A stretch of DNA of 59,182 nucleotides, filler included, from Porpidia crustulata (Eukaryota), in assembly GCA_964255105.1 (NCBI GenBank). It is 3 parts of 3 records of this genome, joined end to end, with 100 filler letters (N's around TTAATTAATTAA, not from the genome) between each part and the next. Parts side by side here need not be neighbours in the genome. Positions count along the whole stretch, not along the records: positions 39,543 to 59,182 come from CAXUWE010000135.1; 2 more parts are not named here. One strand, given 5' to 3'. The position numbers and the translations under genes were made by a program. The notes beneath the pieces are model-generated. The model searched no databases. It was not told the origin of the DNA and was given only the letters and a program-made list of their open reading frames with translations. This document shows, piece by piece, positions 53,401 through 59,182 of this stretch; positions within the stretch are counted from its first letter, which is position 1, and every line of letters starts with the position of its first letter.

Positions 53401-56400
53401 CGAACCTTTGTCAAAGCTAATGGCCTTGCCAATGGTGAGATTGTGCACTTCGAAAACTTTGACATTCCTGTTACCAGCGAGTTTCTTTGCTGCTTCCAAG
53501 GCCATAGCTACGTATCCTGCTGCAGGAAATACAGTCTGGCCCTGCAGCTGATGTCCATCTAGCCATGGGATCTCGGTCGCCTTGAGGAAATTCGTCCAGC
53601 GAAGGTCAAGATCTGTATTGTTTGGAGACGGAACACCCAACAGCTCATGAAAAGCAGCACCTCTTAGTCGCATCTTCTTAGCGAGGCGTGATTCGTGCCA
53701 GTGAATTCTTCCACGGTCCCATTGGTATAAAGGCAAACCGACCGCCAGCTTTGGAGATTGACCAGGCAACACCAGTCTACCATATGACTGGAAGTCAACT
53801 GCACCTGGGCCAAGCTGGGTCCATACGAAACCCAGTGCATCCGAAAAAGCTTCAACATCGTTCTTGCCCCGGCTTAAGACACTAACGTATGAGAGTGGCG
53901 ATCGAACATCTGATATACTCTGTTGGGCTGGGCCCTTTAGCGCTGGGTGGGGACCAACCTCCATGGCGAAGTTTAGGTTCTCATTTGCAGCACTCTTGAT
54001 GGCATCCGCGAACAAAACTGAATTGACCATGTTGTCTTTCCAGTATAGATCACAAAGCTCATCGATAGGCTCCATTACTTGGCCAGACTTGACACTTGAG
54101 TACCAGGAACAGGATGTGCCGCGGTTTTTATTGACTTGGATCCCACAAGCTCGCAAAGAATCGATATATGGCTCGCTGCAAGGAACCATGTGGTGAGAGT
54201 GATATGCGGTGTCTACTTGGAGCATTTTAGCAAACTTCTTCTCTTCGTCAAAGACCTTTTTAACATGAGCTAGGGCATCAACATCTCCGGAAAGTGTTAT
54301 GCTGGCGGGAGAGTTGTGAGCAGCAATCTTCACGCGCCCTTTGAAAGCCGGGAGCTCTATTAATTCCTTGGCAGCTTCCCACGACGTCCCGACAGCAAGC
54401 ATGGCACCTTTCTGCCCTTTGGAGCCTTTAGCAAGTGTAGCATGTACACCTCTGTAGTAGGCAATGCGAATGGCATCATGAGCGGAAATGAAGTCAGCGG
54501 CGTATGCAGCTGCAATTTCTCCGGAAGAATGCCCTACAACTGCCTCAAATGTAATGCCCGCACTCCGTAATAAATTGACCAGGACAAGTTGAATGGCTGT
54601 GCAAAGCGGCTGCGATAACGCGGCTTCACCTAGGCGAGAAACCTCTTTGCTTGCGCAAAGCTGATCTGCAATCCGCCATGACGGACGGTTTGCCTCAGGC
54701 AAAGTTGCTAAAGAATGATCGAGTTGCTCAATCTCCTCGCGGATACTGGCCGAAGAGCGGATCAGCTGTGCACCCACAGTTGCCCATTGCGCGCCTTGTC
54801 CGGTGAAAACACCTAGCATCCGGGGTTTGGCAGGAGCTGATTGAACACCGATCTTAGTTCCGGGAACACTTTTCGTCTCTGCAAGGCTTTTGTCAATCTT
54901 GGAGACAAGTCCTTCAAGAGTGAGCGCTGAGAAGGCTATCTTGGATGGAAGTACGGATCTACGTGACTGGAGCGTCCAGGCCAAGTCACAGAGGTTGATT
55001 GTGTCGTTCGTCATCAAGAAGTCTAAGTAGCTATGCAAGAGCGCATCCAGTGATTCATTTGAAGCTGCAGAGAAAGTAAAAGGTGTGAACGGCGTGGTCT
55101 GTAGGTCTTGGGTCTCGTTTGAGGCCTGGTAGCTCTCCAGGATTGCATGTCCATTGGTGCCTCCGAAACCTGTGGTATGTCAACACAGACTCACATGTCC
55201 TGGCAACTCTACATACCAAAGCTATTCACACTCACTCGTCGCGGTACTCCTTCTGGCAACGTGGGCCATTTTATTGCGGTAATTGGAATGTGCAGATTGT
55301 GATAGTGCTGCTCGATGTCGGGATTCAAGCGATTGAAGAGCATGTTTGGAGGTATTATGCCGTTTTGTATTGCCAGACTAGCCTTGAGAACGCCAGCGAG
55401 CCCGGCAGTACCCTCTGTATGGCCAATAATAGTCTTTATTAATCCGACGTAAAGAGAATTTCCGTTAATAGACTAACCTCCAAAACACTCACTAATAGCT
55501 GCAGCCTCGCGAGGATCGCCGACTTTGGTGCCAGTACCATGAGCCTCGAAGAATTGTGGCCAATTTTGAGGATTTGAGATATCTAAGCCGGCTCTGGCGT
55601 ATGTGCCCCTAATCAAGGCTGCCTGAGCTTCGGAGCTTGGGACCGTCAAGCCAGTGGAATTTCCGTCTTGATTGACTCCCGTCTCACGAATGAGGCATTC
55701 AATGTAGTCACCATCAGCAACGGCGTCACTCAACTTCTTCAACACAACTGCTGCAATGCCGTCGCCTCGCGCATATCCGTCTGCATCAGCATCCCACATG
55801 CGCGAACGGCCGGTGGGCGAAAGCAGGTTCATCTTACTTGGGCCAACAAATTGTTCTACATCTGTCAGCTTTCCCCACCCCGTCTGATTGCGAAGACTTA
55901 CCTGGTCCTAAGAGCAACTCTGTGCCGCCAGCAATGGCTACACGCGACTCGCCCGCGCGCAGAGACCGGACGCTCTGATGTAAGGCAACCATACTCGACG
56001 AACAGGCAGTGTCAATAGTCATCGAGGGCCCATGCCAATCGAAGAAGTATGACAATCGGTTCGAGAGAATAGCGCGGGAAGTGCCGGTGGCAAAGTAAGT
56101 GGGTGTGCTGTGGATATCCCGCATAATAATGTCATTGTAGTCGACGGACATAGTGCCGATGTAGACGGCGGTGTCAGAGCCGCGGAGGCTCTCGACGGGG
56201 TGCCCGCCAGCTTCGAGGGCCTCATACACCGCTTCCATCAGCAGGCGCTGCTGCGGATCAATCGAATCTGCTTCATTGGGGCTGATGTTGAAAAAGTTGG
56301 CGTCGAATACACGCACGTCCTCATCCAGCATGTACGAACGCTGTACGTTGGTTGTCCCATGATGTGAGCCCTTGGGATGATAGTACCCCTGCAATTCAAA

Positions 56401-56538
56401 CCTTTCGTCAGGAATCCCTTTCGACACATCCCTAGGCTTCTCCAGAAGCTTCCATAACGATGATGGGGAGCTCGAGCTCCCTGGGAAGCGACAACCGCTA
56501 CCCACAACAGCGATGGGTTCAGGCTGTTGAAAAATCAT
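44420..56538 (-). pseudogene. Hybrid PKS-NRPS (KS-AT-DH-MT0-KR-ACP-C-A-T-R) with two in-frame stops, tetronate-synthetase-like
   Basis: [98 protein letters not shown]. In-frame TAG at 55473-55475 and TAA at 49993-49995. Domain call is firm; pseudogene status is less so. Confidence 0.8.
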
Positions 56539-57461
56539 GACTCAAGATATCCTCTTCAGACAACATTCGAAAGGGTTCTGAGAAGTTAGACCCGTCATAC
56601 AGTACAAGAACCTAGTTCAAATAATCTTTTCATTTGGAAGCTCAGGTGATGCACTCAAGTGTCTTACCTAGGCATCTATGAGTTTAATCTATCTCATATT
56701 CTGTTTCATAGCGCGTCGAAGTAATGGAAATCGCCGACAATCTCGGGACCTACAGCCATCATGGTGCGGGTGTTTATCAACAGTCTTCGCACTCGATTCA
56801 ACTTGGTTCAACTTGATTTCCAATTCGGCGATTGTACCTCGAGTAATCTGATGGAAATTAAGGTCGGCTAATGGCTTTCGCCATAATCGTCTGATCTTGG
56901 CCATCCGCCTATTAGACTGGGAGTATGCGTCTAGGTCGATCTGGAAGTAATGCACATGTGTTTTTTCTATTCGTGGTGTATTTTGAGAGACTCGTCAATG
57001 TATAGCTACTGAAGGCGTTACCTAGGCTTTGCCTTTTAGCGTCCTGTTTACGCATGTATAGGTACTTTATGTAAGACTAAGTGCGTTCAATTGAAGATTG
57101 CGGCTGTTGAGAACCGTTACCTCTGGCTTGCTATGACGTACAATGACGCAGTTAATCCTAGCTCTGAAAGTACTCGTTTCGGTGGTTAATGTACAACCCC
57201 TGGAATTATCATAGGCGATTTTCAATTTCTACATAGAAGACGTCGGGCAATCTTTTTCCAGCTCTAATCCACATGGAGATAAGATCTGAAAACCACCGAG
57301 GGACGTATGATAGAATGTTTATTCCTGTCCTCGCTCTATGGTTAGTACACTTGAGATCAAAGACCACTAGAAGGTGCGGATAGCTAATATATATATTCGA
57401 GCCATGGAACCCCGTACGGAAGTTATTCTCAGGACCACACATTCGCCATATAAAATTTACC

Positions 57462-58535
57462 ATGGCTGACATAATCAAAGCCGTTCAGATCGATGACTAT
57501 ATCCCGAGCATCGACCTTCGTGGATATTTCGAACCAAATTCTCCTACGAGCAAAGATGAAGTTATTGCGAAAGTGAGAGCGGCATGTTTGGAACACGGCT
57601 TCTTCCAAATTGTGGAACATGGGGTACCGATCGATATTCAGCGGCGAATGCTTGCCTGCTGCAAAACTTTCTTCGATATGCCAAATGAGCAAAAGACTGC
57701 GCTTTCACTTCGCAAATTTTCGTGGCGACGTGGATATGAGTACAATGAGCAGAAGCCGAGTGAAGATGTCCTACCGGACATGAAAGAGGTAAGCGGAGTG
57801 AGATTCTCCTTCGAATCAATTTAGCTCACGTCAGACAGGGGTTCTTTGTAGGACGGGAATTGCCCGTCGAGAAGATCGACTTTTTCAAGGGACCGAACGT
57901 CTGGCCAGACCTTGCAGAAAGTGAGTTCCGTCAGCCTGTTCTGGAGTACTACGAACACATCTTGCACCTTGGAAGGAAAGTCTGGGAGGTGCTTGTCGTT
58001 AGCTTAGGACATCCGCCCACTGTATTGGACAAGTTTACGAAGGAGGTTGCCATGTAAGGGAGACAGTCCATATACCTAGATCTTTGCCTTCACTAATCAA
58101 TTCCTTAGGCTTCTCAAACTTCTCCACTACCCGGCACATACCTCCACAGACCCACGGCAATTTGGTTCCGGTGAACACACAGATTACGGCGGTATCACCA
58201 TACTTTTGCAAGAACCTGGAAAGGATGGTCTTGAGGTGTGGCACGCTGCAACCAAACAATGGATCTATGTTCCTGCAGTCGAAGATAAATACGTCATCAA
58301 CTTGGGCGACATGGTGCAAAAGTGGACTGGAGGTGAGTACAAAAGCACGGTCCATCGAGTCCTCAACAAAGTACGTGGCGAGCGATTCACTGTGCCGGCG
58401 TTCTGGTACGGTGATCTCGACGCTACGAATCCTTTGGATCCAAATGACAAGAGCGGGGAGACGGTATCGCAGCATATCCAGAAGAAGTTTAGCAGGGACT
58501 ATGCATTGCCACCAGAGGCCATTACGGTAGCCTGA
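57462..58535 (+). CDS. Fe(II)/2-oxoglutarate-dependent oxygenase, probable tailoring enzyme of the PKS-NRPS locus
   Basis: IPSIDL...ACLEHGFFQI..HGV, GPNVWP, LLHYP, HTDYG, INLGDM..WTGG.YKSTVHRV; introns about 57789-57838 and 58054-58108; reading frame intact. Confidence 0.92.
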
Positions 58536-59182
58536 CATGTCGAAAGAAGGGTCTAGCTCACGTAGGTAGCTGATGTGTCTTTTTCCGAGGGATCTCGTCA
58601 TATTTTCCTTGCGCAATTTTCTCTGCAGCAACTTCCCTATTTCTGGCTGCGCCACTTGAAAGAACTCTCCCAGGCAAGGCATGAAGGTTGCTTGACAAGG
58701 GGTGTCTTGGCATCGTTGACTCGATCATGGCAAGATTTCTTCCGTGCCTTACAGCAGTCTACAATTATAATCGATCTGACTGACTGGTTGACTGGACACC
58801 TTTCGATATAAACTTTGTAACGGCAATATGTTGATAATTAACCGCCTATGTAATCTTACCTATAGCGTATGAACTGAAAATCATTTGCTAGCATGTTAGC
58901 TAACCGAGCCGCTTTATTCGAGCCGCGGGCCACTCCTTCCGGGCCGTTCTAGGTACCACGCCTGCACGCGTATCTACCTTAGCTTCATGTTGCGCGACTG
59001 CACATGTTAGTGATTTTCACCCAGGCTTCTGTCCGGACAACTGCTGTCCGCGGATCATGTCACAATACTCCTTGTCATACTATCCTCGCCTTCAGTCATT
59101 GTTCTGATTGGATGTTTGTCAATCTTGCCCAGATCGAAAAGCGCCTGTACCTTGGCAGTCAACTTTACGCTAGACCTGCTGT

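Noticed and set aside
7102..55475. Alternative genetic code or A-to-I editing as a common cause of the in-frame stops
   Set aside because: TAA, TAG and TGA all serve as normal terminators in conserved genes here; editing would give Trp, which has no support at these positions; mutation or sequence error is simpler
55432..55477. Intron starting GTTAGT that would remove the KS stop codon
   Set aside because: The nearest AG gives 44 nt, shifts the frame and deletes the conserved LYVGxIK segment
44547..56367. Many + strand ORFs overlapping the PKS-NRPS, and similar antisense ORFs over eEF3, tubulin and GNAT
   Set aside because: Antisense shadows of real coding sequence with no independent motifs
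56660..57030. Repeated ttacctaggc in the divergent cluster promoter as a TF binding site
   Set aside because: The same word occurs outside the cluster (about 26484) and cctagg is frequent in these intergenic regions; no support for specificity
1..59182. tRNA, rRNA or CRISPR arrays
   Set aside because: None recognised by eye; the sequence is eukaryotic and has no repeat-spacer pattern. A tRNAscan/Infernal run would be needed to exclude small RNAs

Overview
59 kb of a draft filamentous-ascomycete (Pezizomycotina) genome: GT-AG introns, fungal eEF3, and two 100-nt assembly gaps carrying a TTAATTAATTAA linker. About the first 44 kb is mostly housekeeping: sirtuin, MET8, PEP7/Vac1, eEF3, TAF14, phosducin-like plus G-beta, samB, MKT1 and beta-tubulin. 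It also holds a probably decayed CorA-like giant gene, a 2OG oxygenase with a TSD-flanked retroposon in an intron, and a GNAT. The last 15 kb is the edge of a secondary-metabolite locus. A 12-kb PKS-NRPS (KS-AT-DH-MT0-KR-ACP-C-A-T-R) sits head-to-head with an intact Fe/2OG oxygenase and directly next to beta-tubulin. Its A domain has Asn where the amino-binding Asp normally sits, which suggests a hydroxy-acid (malate-type) tetronate synthetase. Its MT, KR and R motifs are degenerate, and it has two in-frame stops, so it is a pseudogene or is mis-sequenced. All calls come from manual reading and motif recall, not database searches.
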